Notes under the pieces: model-generated | Seen by the model: only the letters and a program-made list of their open reading frames with translations | Told to the model about the DNA's origin: nothing | Databases searched by the model: none | Part shown: positions 9,932 to 20,700 of the stretch, piece by piece | How positions within the stretch are numbered: position 1 is the first letter of the stretch | How the letters are laid out: each line of letters begins with the position of its first letter | Assembly (NCBI RefSeq): GCF_002831645.1 | Contig: NZ_CP025117.1 | Location: 563,514-627,513, forward strand | Reading direction: 5' to 3' | DNA from: Olleya sp. Bg11-27 | GTDB taxonomy: Bacteria; Bacteroidota; Bacteroidia; Flavobacteriales; Flavobacteriaceae | Length of the DNA: 64,000 bases | Translations under genes and position numbers: made by a program

Positions 9932-12019
9932 ATGAAAAAACAACTACTTACCACCGCTCTTTTCTTATTTATTTTCACCATTCGGGCCCAAACTAATAGT
10001 AATAATTGTATTGAAGCTAATGCTGATACCACAATTTCTGGATCTGGCTTATTTTCGATAAATGGAACAATAAACGGTACCGAAATCCCAGATCCAATAT
10101 GTGCAGTAAATAGCACAGGAGCCACAAATGGAGAATGGTACCGATACATACCTAGTAATGATTACACCGTTACCATAACTACCGATTTAACCCAAAACGC
10201 TGGTCTAGATACACGATTACATATTTATTCCGGTACTTGTGGCAGCTTAATTTGTGTTGGTGGCGATGATGATTCGGGTGATGGTTTTTTATCCGAAGCC
10301 AGCTTTAATGCAATGTCTGGTACAACCTATTACATTGCTTTTGATGATAGATGGAGTGATAGCGGATTTGATTGGGAGCTAACCGAAGGTCCTGTCGTAG
10401 TTCCGCCACCATCAGCCCCAATAACTTTTACACAACAAAGTCTATCTACAACTGGAGTAAACAGAGCCATTGTCGATATGAACGGAGATTTTTTAGACGA
10501 TATTGTATCTATTACAGACACAAACATTAATATAAATTACCAATTAACTTCTGGCGATTTCAACTCGGTAAACATTACAACGTCAACCGCCGACTTTACA
10601 CCAAATTGGAGTCTAGCTGCTGCCGATTTTGATGCCAATGGTTACACTGATTTATTATACGGAGCAGGTCAAGGTGTCACCTTCATGAAAGCCAACAACA
10701 CAGGAACTGGTTTTACTGAAATTTCAGGCTCAGAATATATTTTTTCTCAACGTTCTAATTTCGTAGACATCAACATGGATGGCCATTTAGATGCTTTTGT
10801 TTGTCATGACGTACAACCCAATGTTTATTTTTTAAATGATGGAAACGGTAATTTGCTATACAATCAAACAGCCACATCCAATGCTCCTTTTAATTTAGGA
10901 GATTATTCCTCTGGTGGTAATTATGGATCCATCTGGGTAGATTATGATAATGACGGAGATTCTGATATGTTTATTGCAAAATGCGGAGGAGAAGAAGCTA
11001 GAAGAACAAACCAAATGCATAGAAATGATTCTTATTACGACACAGGAAATAACCTAATCGTTTCCTATACAGAAGTCGCTTCACAAATAGGATTATCAGA
11101 CCCAATGCAAACTTGGTCTTCTTCTTGGGGTGATTTTGACAACGATGGAGATATGGATGTTTTTATTGGCGCGAGCTCTGGAGCTCACAAACTAATGCGT
11201 AATAATCTAGATATAGGTACAGGAATAGTCACTTTTACTGATGTAACAGCTAATTCCGGTATTTCTGACATGATTGCAACAGGTATTGAAAATGTGACTT
11301 ACGATTTTGATAACGATGGTTATTTAGACTTAGCCTCTAATGGTAATTTACTTATTGGTAATGGAGATATGACATTTTCCTATTATGAAAACAGTTTGCC
11401 ACCCGCAGGATCTTTCGGAGATTTAAACGCCGATGGGTTTATGGATGCCTTTAGCAGTGGAGGAACTATTTATATGAATGATACCACAGATAACAATTGG
11501 ATAACAATCAATACCGTAGGTAACGCTAGTAACATAAATGGTATTGGAGCAAGAATAACTATAGAAACTCCAGCAGGTCCACAAATTAGAGATGTAAGAA
11601 GTGGCGATGGCTTTAGATACATGAACACACTTAACACACATTTTGGGTTAGGCACCGCTACAACTATAACTAGTATAATAATAGAATGGCCGTCAGGAAT
11701 TGTAGATACTATTTTAAACCCTTCAACCAACCAAATACTTAACTTAATAGAAGGCTCCCACCAACTCAGTATAAACGAATTTTTATTATCAAACTTAATA
11801 TTATATCCTAACCCAACGAGTCATAGATTAAACTTAAATAGCACAAACTACACCTTAGAGAATACTGCTTTTGCAGTATTTGACATGAACGGTAGACAGG
11901 TTTTAAAAGGAAAGCTAGTCAACAATAGTATTGATGTTTCTAAAATACAATCTGGAAATTACATTTTAAAATTAAATAACAATGGAAAGGTAAAAGCTCA
12001 AAAGTTTATTAAAAAATAA
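9932..12019 (+). CDS. FG-GAP/VCBS-repeat ASPIC-UnbV (CRTAC1-family) protein with T9SS C-terminal sorting domain
   Basis: Repeated DxDxDGxxD segments (DFDNDGDMDVFIG, DYDNDGDSDMFIA) and an ASPIC/UnbV-like segment GARITIETPAGPQIRDVRSGDGF. The C-terminal ~80 aa (LYPNPTSHRLNL...GNYILKLNNNGKVKAQKFIKK) is a typical Por/T9SS type-A CTD. Confidence 0.7.
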   Translation: MKKQLLTTALFLFIFTIRAQTNSNNCIEANADTTISGSGLFSINGTINGTEIPDPICAVNSTGATNGEWYRYIPSNDYTVTITTDLTQNAGLDTRLHIYSGTCGSLICVGGDDDSGDGFLSEASFNAMSGTTYYIAFDDRWSDSGFDWELTEGPVVVPPPSAPITFTQQSLSTTGVNRAIVDMNGDFLDDIVSITDTNININYQLTSGDFNSVNITTSTADFTPNWSLAAADFDANGYTDLLYGAGQGVTFMKANNTGTGFTEISGSEYIFSQRSNFVDINMDGHLDAFVCHDVQPNVYFLNDGNGNLLYNQTATSNAPFNLGDYSSGGNYGSIWVDYDNDGDSDMFIAKCGGEEARRTNQMHRNDSYYDTGNNLIVSYTEVASQIGLSDPMQTWSSSWGDFDNDGDMDVFIGASSGAHKLMRNNLDIGTGIVTFTDVTANSGISDMIATGIENVTYDFDNDGYLDLASNGNLLIGNGDMTFSYYENSLPPAGSFGDLNADGFMDAFSSGGTIYMNDTTDNNWITINTVGNASNINGIGARITIETPAGPQIRDVRSGDGFRYMNTLNTHFGLGTATTITSIIIEWPSGIVDTILNPSTNQILNLIEGSHQLSINEFLLSNLILYPNPTSHRLNLNSTNYTLENTAFAVFDMNGRQVLKGKLVNNSIDVSKIQSGNYILKLNNNGKVKAQKFIKK

Positions 12020-12110
12020 AATATAATCTAAAATTCTTTAAAAGTGCTTGCTTATTATAAACAAGTACTTTTTTGTTTAAATTTATAGCCACAACCAAAA
12101 CGCATTCCAA

Positions 12111-14276
12111 ATGAAAAAGATAATACTCTGCCTATTAACCCTTACTATAATTATGTCTTGTAAAGAAGAAGAAAAACAACCGCGTAAAAAAATCACTATA
12201 GAATACCCAACCACAACTAAAGTAGATACTGTGACAAACTATTTTGGAACAGAAGTAAAAGACCCATACAGATGGCTGGAGGATGATAAAAGTCCAGAAA
12301 CTGAAGCCTGGGTCAAAGCAGAAAACAAAACAACTTACAGTTACTTAGATAACATCCCCTATCGCGACCAATTAAAGCAACGCCTTGAAAAACTATGGAA
12401 CTACGAAAAAATAGGTGCTCCTTTTATAGAAGGAGACCACACTTACTTTTATAAAAATGACGGATTACAAAATCAATATGTAATCTACAGATATAAAACA
12501 GGAGAAGACCCAAGTACTGCAACGGTATTTTTAGACCCAAATACTTTTAAAGAAGATGGCACAATCTCGCTTGGTGGTACCAGTTTTTCAAAAAATGGCA
12601 AAATTTTAGCTTATGCAATTTCAGAAGGCGGAAGTGACTGGCGTAAAATTTTAGTTATGGATACGGAATCTAAAACAATAGTAGAAGATACTTTAGTAGA
12701 CATAAAATTTAGCGGCATGTCATGGTACAAAAACGAAGGATTTTACTACTCAAGTTATGACAAGCCTAAAGGAAGTGAGCTATCTGCGAAAACGGATCAA
12801 CATAAAGTATACTATCACAAGTTAGGGACACCACAAAAAGAAGATCAATTAATTTACGGTGGTACACTAGAAGAAAAGCACAGATATATTTACGGTAGTG
12901 TTACCGAAGATAATCGGTATTTAATTATCTCTCCAAGAGTATCTACTTCTGGAAACAAACTATTAATTAAAGATTTAAGCGAACCAAATAGCGATTTTAA
13001 AACTATTTTAAATCACACAGATAGTGATACTTATATTATAGAAAATGAGGAAAGTAAATTATATATTGTTTCCAACCTTAACGCTCCAAACCAAAAAATA
13101 GTTACGGTAGACGCTTCAAACCCTAGCCCTGAAAATTGGATAGATTTTATACCAGAAACTAAAAATGTATTGAGCCCTTCTACTGCTGGAGGCTATTTCT
13201 TTACAGAATATATGGTTGATGCCGTCTCTAAAGTCATGCAATATGATTACACCGGTAAATTAATAAGAGAGGTTAAATTACCTGGTGTTGGAAGTGCTGG
13301 TGGTTTTGGTGCAAAAAAGGAAGAAAAAGAATTGTACTATTCCTTCACAAACTATGTTACGCCAGGAAGTATTTATAAATATGATATTGAAAACGGAACA
13401 TCGGAGCTATTTCGCAAACCGAACATTGATTTTAATCCAGAAAATTACGAAAGCAAGCAAGTATTCTACAATTCAAAAGATGGTACAAAAGTACCTATGA
13501 TTATTACACATAAAAAAGGACTAGAACTTAATGGAGAAAACCCAACTATCCTTTACGGTTATGGAGGATTTAACGTTAGTCTAACACCTAGTTTTAGTAT
13601 CGCTAACGCTGTTTGGATGGAGCAAGGAGGGATATACGCCGTACCTAATTTACGTGGTGGTGGAGAATACGGAAAAGCTTGGCATGACGCAGGAACACAG
13701 TTAAAGAAACAGAATGTATTTGACGATTTTATTGCTGCTGCAGAATATCTTATTGACAATAAATATACCTCATCAGACTTTTTAGCAATAAGAGGAGGCT
13801 CAAACGGAGGTTTATTAGTTGGTGCAACAATGACACAACGTCCCGACTTAATGAAGGTTGCATTACCAGCAGTTGGAGTTTTAGACATGCTACGCTATCA
13901 TACCTTTACGGCAGGAGCAGGCTGGGCTTATGACTACGGAACCGTAGAGGATAACAAAGAAATGTTTGACTATCTAAAAAAATACTCACCAGTACATAAT
14001 GTAAAAGACGGTATTCAATATCCAGCAACTATGGTAACCACGGGAGATCATGATGACAGAGTTGTACCTGCACATAGTTTTAAATTTGCTGCAGAATTAC
14101 AAGCTAAACAAACAGGAGAGAACCCAGTATTAATCAGAATCGAAACGGATGCAGGACATGGAGCAGGAACACCTGTTAGCAAAACCATAGAGCAATATGC
14201 AGACATTTATGGATTCACACTTTTCAACATGGGATTTGATATACTACCTACTGAAATAGAAGGATTCAAAGATTAA
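12111..14276 (+). CDS. Prolyl oligopeptidase (S9A family)
   Basis: N-terminal beta-propeller region (DPYRWLED). Catalytic [11 protein letters not shown] Ser motif and a C-terminal DDRV...HG triad. Confidence 0.85.
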   Translation: MKKIILCLLTLTIIMSCKEEEKQPRKKITIEYPTTTKVDTVTNYFGTEVKDPYRWLEDDKSPETEAWVKAENKTTYSYLDNIPYRDQLKQRLEKLWNYEKIGAPFIEGDHTYFYKNDGLQNQYVIYRYKTGEDPSTATVFLDPNTFKEDGTISLGGTSFSKNGKILAYAISEGGSDWRKILVMDTESKTIVEDTLVDIKFSGMSWYKNEGFYYSSYDKPKGSELSAKTDQHKVYYHKLGTPQKEDQLIYGGTLEEKHRYIYGSVTEDNRYLIISPRVSTSGNKLLIKDLSEPNSDFKTILNHTDSDTYIIENEESKLYIVSNLNAPNQKIVTVDASNPSPENWIDFIPETKNVLSPSTAGGYFFTEYMVDAVSKVMQYDYTGKLIREVKLPGVGSAGGFGAKKEEKELYYSFTNYVTPGSIYKYDIENGTSELFRKPNIDFNPENYESKQVFYNSKDGTKVPMIITHKKGLELNGENPTILYGYGGFNVSLTPSFSIANAVWMEQGGIYAVPNLRGGGEYGKAWHDAGTQLKKQNVFDDFIAAAEYLIDNKYTSSDFLAIRGGSNGGLLVGATMTQRPDLMKVALPAVGVLDMLRYHTFTAGAGWAYDYGTVEDNKEMFDYLKKYSPVHNVKDGIQYPATMVTTGDHDDRVVPAHSFKFAAELQAKQTGENPVLIRIETDAGHGAGTPVSKTIEQYADIYGFTLFNMGFDILPTEIEGFKD

Positions 14277-14297
14277 AACCACTACTTTAATAAAAAA

Positions 14298-14334
14298 AGG
14301 CGACTAACATTTTCTATTAGTCGCCTTTTTTTAT
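14298..14334 (+). terminator. Rho-independent terminator
   Basis: aggcgactaa...ttagtcgcct hairpin followed by a T-run. Confidence 0.7.
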
Positions 14335-14373
14335 ATTTGTTAAAACCTAAACTAACCGAAATTTTAAAAACTA

Positions 14374-15636
14374 ATGAAAAAAACAATCCTAATTGTATGC
14401 GTAGCTCTTACAGGACTAATAATGAATGCCCAAAAAGCGGATGTTAAAACTCACGATATTAAAGTCACTTTTGAACAACCAGAAATACTAAAGGACACAA
14501 AAACATATAGTTATACTATTCAAGATGATGGCAAATATTGGAACTACACGCCTACTGATAGTAACCCAACAATAGCATCTAATACAGAAGGTGTAAATCT
14601 AAGCGGGTTAGAACGTGTTGAAGACAATGCTGACTTACAAGTAATTGTAGGGTTTTTAGGAAATCAATTATCAAAAAGTCCAGGTTTACTTGTTTTACAC
14701 GGATCCTACCACATCATCGTTTTAAATAAAGACAATAAAATACTTTTAACTATAGACGACACAGTAACCAATAATGTTTCTGCAGCTGATAGTAGATACA
14801 CTAACAAAAGTAAAAATGCAATAAAAGCATTAATTGTTACTGACTACGTAGAAAAATTACTTAAAGAATATGAACATCTATTTTCTGGGAGTGCTGATTT
14901 AAAAATTCCTTTTGGAACATTCAAAAAAACAAAGGGCGGTCCTGCAGAAAGCTTTAACACTAGCTCACAACCCTTAATAGACTCTATCATAGATAACAGT
15001 AATGATATTGCTACAATAGACAAAGCTATTGCTTTATGGACAACGCAATTAGATGTTGATTTTGGTAAAAAAGTCAAAGACAAGATAAAAAATAGAGTGA
15101 TTTATGCTAATTTAACCTCTGCCAGCTTGTTAAAAAAAGACTTAGAAGCTGCTAAAACTTATCTTGAAATTGTTAAGAAAAACACTGGCTTTTTTGATAC
15201 TTGGACTTCAAATTACAAGCCGATACTAAATCGTTTTGAAAGCTCAAAATCTTTACAAAGTTCAGATAGCTTACAAACTTTAAATTTAAGAACTTTAAAT
15301 TTAACGCCAAAAAGCGCCTACTTAATAACAATACCTGCAGGACAATACACTTACAAATCTAAAGACCCTATAAGCTACTCGAAAATAGAAATCCAAAATT
15401 TTGTTCCAAATATTAAATCAGGCATGGCGTCATTAGACTCTAAAGTAAAACCCGAAATTTACATTTACGAAAATGGTGTCAAAACATTACGTCATTTTGG
15501 AGATGGAAACAATACGATAATTACTGAAAATGGTGAAGAAATTATATTCAAGGTCTACAAAGGAGAATATAAACCCTGTGTAAAACAAGAGGACGGCACC
15601 TACAAAATATACAATAGTAACATTATTATTGAATAG
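14374..15636 (+). CDS. Hypothetical secreted protein
   Basis: Signal peptide present. No motif recognised. Followed by a strong terminator. Confidence 0.5.
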   Translation: MKKTILIVCVALTGLIMNAQKADVKTHDIKVTFEQPEILKDTKTYSYTIQDDGKYWNYTPTDSNPTIASNTEGVNLSGLERVEDNADLQVIVGFLGNQLSKSPGLLVLHGSYHIIVLNKDNKILLTIDDTVTNNVSAADSRYTNKSKNAIKALIVTDYVEKLLKEYEHLFSGSADLKIPFGTFKKTKGGPAESFNTSSQPLIDSIIDNSNDIATIDKAIALWTTQLDVDFGKKVKDKIKNRVIYANLTSASLLKKDLEAAKTYLEIVKKNTGFFDTWTSNYKPILNRFESSKSLQSSDSLQTLNLRTLNLTPKSAYLITIPAGQYTYKSKDPISYSKIEIQNFVPNIKSGMASLDSKVKPEIYIYENGVKTLRHFGDGNNTIITENGEEIIFKVYKGEYKPCVKQEDGTYKIYNSNIIIE

Positions 15637-15660
15637 TCATAAAACCAACTTTATATTAAA

Positions 15661-15688
15661 GAGTCGCTCTAAATCAGAGCGACTTTTT
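15661..15688 (+). terminator. Rho-independent terminator
   Basis: gagtcgctct-aaatc-agagcgact hairpin followed by a T-run. Confidence 0.7.
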
Positions 15689-15777
15689 TATTATTCTACT
15701 TTTCTTCTTAAAGAACACTTAAAAAACAATCTTTATTTTGGTGGTAATAATCAATTACTCTAGTTTTGCATCCGTAA

Positions 15778-16188
15778 ATGAACAAAATAGTCACTAAATA
15801 TTTATCGTTAATAACACTCTTGTTGTTAACAGCAGTCACTAACGCATATGCACATACTGCAATTGACGTGGACTATACTTTAGTTGACAATCATGACATT
15901 AAAGCTTCAATTGACATTCATTTAAACAATACTTCTCATTTTTCTATTCAACAAAATGAAGCAATCGAATTGTTTTTCGATTACACAGAAGCTGAAGAAG
16001 CAGAAAACGAAGACGCTGTTAGTCGCACAACTATTAACTCCTTCAGCAGTTATATCTCGTCACTGTTTCATGCCCAATTATTAAGTGATTTATCCTCTAA
16101 ACTTCAACAAGAGGTCAACAGTTTTACCTATAAAGTTTGTCACCCCGCGACAAAACTTCACGTTAAATTAGAAGTCTTTATAATCTGA
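15778..16188 (+). CDS. Hypothetical small secreted protein
   Basis: 136 aa with a signal peptide. No domain recognised. Confidence 0.35.
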   Translation: MNKIVTKYLSLITLLLLTAVTNAYAHTAIDVDYTLVDNHDIKASIDIHLNNTSHFSIQQNEAIELFFDYTEAEEAENEDAVSRTTINSFSSYISSLFHAQLLSDLSSKLQQEVNSFTYKVCHPATKLHVKLEVFII

Positions 16189-16337
16189 TTTCTCTTTCTT
16201 TTTTATAGACCAACTCTTATTGGTTTATTATTTATTTCAAAAACATAATATAACACAAACAGCCCATCTTATGCCTTCTTGGCTTTGATTTGCTACAATC
16301 ACATTTTATTTTACCAATTTATTATAAATAAAAAATT

Positions 16338-17423
16338 ATGAAAAAAATCTTCATTTTCATGGGTTTATTCGCATGTCTATTTCATACAAGTTGCCAAACT
16401 AAAAAAGAAGAAGAAAAGAAAGAACACGTTGCTTTTCTTGTTACCAATCCTATTAAAAAAGACACCACTATAACTAAAGATTACGTTAGTCAAATTCACT
16501 CCATTAGACATATAGAAATTAGAGCTTTAGAGAGAGGTTACCTAAAACACATCTCTGTAGACGAAGGGCAACATGTTAAAAAAGGGCAAGCCATGTTCCA
16601 AATAATGCCAAATATTTATCAAGCAGAATTACAGAAGGCTAAAGCCGAATCTAATGCTGCCGAAATTGAGTTACAAAACACGAAACTATTAGCGGATGGT
16701 AATGTCGTTTCTCAAAATGAATTAGCGATGGCAAATGCTAATCTAGATAAAGCTAATGCTGAAGTAACTTTAGCACAAACGCATTTAGGTTTTACTAGAA
16801 TCACAGCGCCTTTTGATGGTATCATGGACCACTTAGAAGCAAGAGAAGGGAGTCTTTTAGATGAAGGTGAACTACTTACAACATTGTCTGACAATAGTCA
16901 AATGTGGGTCTATTTTAATGTTCCAGAAGCAGAATACCTAGACTATATTACTAGCGCCGATAAAGACACTAAAAAAGAAGTCGGCTTACTAATGGCCAAC
17001 AACAAACAATTCAACCAAAAAGGAATTGTTGAAACTATTGAAGGAGAGTTTAATAGCGAAACAGGAAATATTGCTTTTAGAGCAACATTTCCAAATCCAG
17101 ATCGCATCCTAAGACATGGCGAAACAGGTAGCGTATTAATGGCAGTGCCTTTTAAAGACGTTATTATTATTCCTCAAAAAGCAACGTTCCAAGTCTTAGA
17201 TAAAACCTATGTTTTTATAGTAGACCAAGACCATATCGTAAAACAAAAAGAAATTACTATTGGTGCAGAGTTACCACATCTATTTATTGTTAGCAAAGGA
17301 CTATCCGAAAACGATACCATCTTACTTGAAGGTATCAGAATGGTTAAAAACAATGAAGAAATAGAAACCACGTTTTTAGAGCCAAACAAAGTAATGTCTG
17401 AGTTAGACTTATACGCTGAATAA
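16338..17423 (+). CDS. RND efflux periplasmic adaptor (membrane fusion) subunit, lipoprotein
   Basis: Lipobox LFACLFHTSCQ. Coiled-coil hairpin flanked by biotinyl-like barrel halves (AcrA/HlyD family). Confidence 0.85.
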   Translation: MKKIFIFMGLFACLFHTSCQTKKEEEKKEHVAFLVTNPIKKDTTITKDYVSQIHSIRHIEIRALERGYLKHISVDEGQHVKKGQAMFQIMPNIYQAELQKAKAESNAAEIELQNTKLLADGNVVSQNELAMANANLDKANAEVTLAQTHLGFTRITAPFDGIMDHLEAREGSLLDEGELLTTLSDNSQMWVYFNVPEAEYLDYITSADKDTKKEVGLLMANNKQFNQKGIVETIEGEFNSETGNIAFRATFPNPDRILRHGETGSVLMAVPFKDVIIIPQKATFQVLDKTYVFIVDQDHIVKQKEITIGAELPHLFIVSKGLSENDTILLEGIRMVKNNEEIETTFLEPNKVMSELDLYAE

Positions 17424-17448
17424 TTTTAGAATTTAATCTACAAAAGAC

Positions 17449-20400
17449 ATGTTTAAACAATTTATAAAAAGACCCGTTCTGGCTATTGTCATTTCGGTGA
17501 TCATTCTATTTATAGGTGGACTTGCCATCAAGCAACTTCCTATATCTCAGTTCCCACAAATAGCACCAACAACGGTAAATATCTTTATCGCTTATCCTGG
17601 TTCTAGTTCTGAAGTATTAGTTAATTCGACATTAATCCCATTAGAAACAGCCATTAATGGTGTGCAAGATATGCGTTATATCGCGTCCGATGCAACCAGT
17701 GCTGGAGAAGCAACTATTCGTGTTATTTTTGAACCAGGCACAGATCCAAACGAAGCTGTTGTCCGAGTAAAAACACGTGTGGATCAAGTGATGCCACTAT
17801 TACCAGAACTGGTACAACGTGAAGGGGTTATCATATCCCCAGTCCAACCTAGTATGTTAATGTACGTTAACTTATCTAGCACCGATAAAAATAATGACGA
17901 AAAGTTTTTATATAACTATGCTTACACTAAGGTTATACCCGAAATCCAACGTATTAAAGGGATTGCAAGTGCTCAAATTTTAGGAAGTAGAAAATATGCC
18001 ATGAGAGTTTGGCTAAAACCAGACCGTATGCGCGCGTATAATATTTCTGCAGAAGAAGTGTTAGAAGCCATGGAAGAGCAAAGTATTTTAGCTAGACCTG
18101 GGCGACTAGGACGTAGTTCTGGTATGACTGCTCAATCTTTAGAATATGTACTAACTTATGAAGACCGCTATAATGAACCTGAACAATACGAAGAGATTAT
18201 AATTCGTGCCAATAAAGAAGGCGAAATCATTCAATTAAAAGATATTGCAGATGTCAACCTAGGAAGTGAGTTTTTTGATATTTACTCCAACTTAGATGGA
18301 AAACCTTCTGCTTCAATAGTATTAAAACAAACGTTTGGAAGTAATGGTAGCGATGTAATAGATGCTGTAAAAGAAAAACTAGCAGAATTAGAAGTAGAGC
18401 TACCGCCGGATGTAGACTTTCAAATCAGTTATGATGTGTCTAACTTTTTAGATGCGTCTATAGAACAAGTATTACACACCCTTAGAGATGCTTTTATCTT
18501 AGTTGCTATTGTAGTATTTCTATTTTTAGGTGATTGGCGTTCTACATTAATCCCGATTATAGCCGTACCCGTATCTTTAATTGGAGCGTTTTTTGTAATG
18601 CAGTTATTTGGATTGTCCATCAACTTAATAACATTGTTTGCCTTAGTACTAGCTATTGGTATTGTCGTCGATAATGCTATTGTCGTCGTGGAAGCCGTCC
18701 ATGTTAAAATGGAAGAAGAACAGCTCACCCCCTACAAAGCATCGTATGAAGTGTTAGGTGAAATTGGAGGCGCTATTGTCGCTATTACTTTGGTGATGGT
18801 TTCTGTTTTTATTCCTATTTCATTTATGACAGGACCTGTTGGTGTTTTCTATCGTCAATTCTCTATTACTATGGCTGGTGCTATTGTAATTTCAGCAATT
18901 GTTGCATTAACATTAACGCCTGTATTATGTGCGATGTTACTTAAAAACAATCATGGAAAAATTAAAAAATCGCCAATAGATAAATTTATCAACTGGTTTA
19001 ATAATGGTTTTGAAAAACTAACCGGAAGGTATGTTAAAATACTTAATAAAATTGTAGCAAGACGCGTGGTAACCTTTGGGATATTAGCCGCTTTTTGTGT
19101 CGGTATTTATTTTACCAACAAAGTATTACCAGCAGGATTTATACCTAATGAGGATCAAGGCATGATTTACGCTATTATTCAAACACCACCCGGCGCAACG
19201 TTAGAACGTACGAATGAAGTCGCTAAAAAACTTCAAAAAATATGTGAAGAAACAGAAGGTGTAGAATCAGTATCCTCTTTAGCCGGTTACGAGATCATGA
19301 CCGAAGGTCGTGGATCTAATGCCGGAACCTGTTTAATTAATCTTAAATCTTGGTCAGACCGTGAACACACCGTGCACGAAATCATGGAAGAACTAGAAGA
19401 AGAGACTAAAGACTTAGGTGCGGTTATCGAGTATTTTGAACCACCTGCTGTTCCTGGTTTTGGATCTTCTGGAGGGTTTGCCATGCGTCTATTAGACAAA
19501 ACGAATTCAACAGATTATCATCATTTTGAAGAGATTAACAACAAATTTATAGAAGCTTTATCTAAACGTAAAGAGCTAACAGGTCTGTTCACATTCTTCT
19601 CTGCAAACTACCCACAATATCAATTAAAAATAAACAACAAGATTGCCATGCAAAAAGGGGTAACCATTAGCAAAGCAATGGAAAACTTGAATATTTTAAT
19701 TGGTAGTACTTACGAGCAAGGGTTTATTCGTTTTGGTAGATTCTTTAAAGTTTACACACAAGCAGGACCGGAATATAGACGCTTACCATCAGATCTCGAA
19801 AAGCTTTTTGTTAAAAATGAAGAAGGAGAAATGGTACCATATTCTGCATTTATGACCATCACTAAAAAACTAGGACCTAATGAGATTACAAGATACAATC
19901 TTTACAACTCAGCATCCATTAGAGGCTTACCAGCTTCAGGATTTACAAGTGGTGATGCCATAAATGCCATTAAGGAAGTTGCCGCTAAAGAACTTCCAAG
20001 AGGTTATGATATTGCTTGGGAAGGACTATCTTATGATGAAGCAAGTAGAGGTAACGAATCCACTTATATTTTTATAGTCGTACTAATATTTGTGTACTTT
20101 GTTTTAGCTGCACAATATGAAAGCTTCTTATTACCATTTGCAGTAATATTATCACTACCCGTCGGTGTTTTTGGCTCATTTTTCCTGCTAAAAGCTATGG
20201 GTTTAGCTAACGATGTTTATGCACAAATTGGGGTCATCATGCTGGTCGGATTACTTGGTAAAAACGCGGTACTAATTGTAGAGTTTGCAGTCCAAAAACA
20301 ACGGGAAGGCGCTACAATCCTGGAGGCAGCTATTGAAGGTTCTAGAGCCAGATTCAGACCTATTTTAATGACGTCCTTTGCCTTTATCGCTGGATTAATT

Positions 20401-20700
20401 CCGCTAATAATAGCATCTGGAGCAGGTGCTATTGCCAATAAAACCATTGGTAGTTCGGCTTTAGGCGGAATGCTTATTGGAACCCTTGGCGGTGTCTTAG
20501 TCATCCCTGGGTTATATTACATTTTTGCTAAAATGGCTGAAGGAAAAAGTCTTATTAAAGATGAATCTCATGAGCCATTATCTGAAGAATTTATTAGAAA
20601 TAGTGAATCTGCTGGTAAACAAACCAAAGAAAATACGGAACAAATAAGTAAACTGAAAAGTCTATTTAAAAAACTAAGTAAAAGAAACAAAGATGAATAA
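17449..20700 (+). CDS. RND efflux transporter permease (HAE1/AcrB family)
   Basis: 1083 aa and twelve predicted TM helices. Conserved AcrB signature segments (VVDNAIVVVEAV, LPFAVILSLPVGVFGSF). Confidence 0.9.
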   Translation: MFKQFIKRPVLAIVISVIILFIGGLAIKQLPISQFPQIAPTTVNIFIAYPGSSSEVLVNSTLIPLETAINGVQDMRYIASDATSAGEATIRVIFEPGTDPNEAVVRVKTRVDQVMPLLPELVQREGVIISPVQPSMLMYVNLSSTDKNNDEKFLYNYAYTKVIPEIQRIKGIASAQILGSRKYAMRVWLKPDRMRAYNISAEEVLEAMEEQSILARPGRLGRSSGMTAQSLEYVLTYEDRYNEPEQYEEIIIRANKEGEIIQLKDIADVNLGSEFFDIYSNLDGKPSASIVLKQTFGSNGSDVIDAVKEKLAELEVELPPDVDFQISYDVSNFLDASIEQVLHTLRDAFILVAIVVFLFLGDWRSTLIPIIAVPVSLIGAFFVMQLFGLSINLITLFALVLAIGIVVDNAIVVVEAVHVKMEEEQLTPYKASYEVLGEIGGAIVAITLVMVSVFIPISFMTGPVGVFYRQFSITMAGAIVISAIVALTLTPVLCAMLLKNNHGKIKKSPIDKFINWFNNGFEKLTGRYVKILNKIVARRVVTFGILAAFCVGIYFTNKVLPAGFIPNEDQGMIYAIIQTPPGATLERTNEVAKKLQKICEETEGVESVSSLAGYEIMTEGRGSNAGTCLINLKSWSDREHTVHEIMEELEEETKDLGAVIEYFEPPAVPGFGSSGGFAMRLLDKTNSTDYHHFEEINNKFIEALSKRKELTGLFTFFSANYPQYQLKINNKIAMQKGVTISKAMENLNILIGSTYEQGFIRFGRFFKVYTQAGPEYRRLPSDLEKLFVKNEEGEMVPYSAFMTITKKLGPNEITRYNLYNSASIRGLPASGFTSGDAINAIKEVAAKELPRGYDIAWEGLSYDEASRGNESTYIFIVVLIFVYFVLAAQYESFLLPFAVILSLPVGVFGSFFLLKAMGLANDVYAQIGVIMLVGLLGKNAVLIVEFAVQKQREGATILEAAIEGSRARFRPILMTSFAFIAGLIPLIIASGAGAIANKTIGSSALGGMLIGTLGGVLVIPGLYYIFAKMAEGKSLIKDESHEPLSEEFIRNSESAGKQTKENTEQISKLKSLFKKLSKRNKDE

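Noticed and set aside
13285-13888. Two short ORFs (71 and 109 aa)
   Set aside because: Embedded within the prolyl oligopeptidase coding region, which has intact catalytic motifs.
18429-20504. Several 70-99-aa minus-strand ORFs
   Set aside because: All lie within the RND permease gene. Their composition mirrors antisense of a membrane protein.
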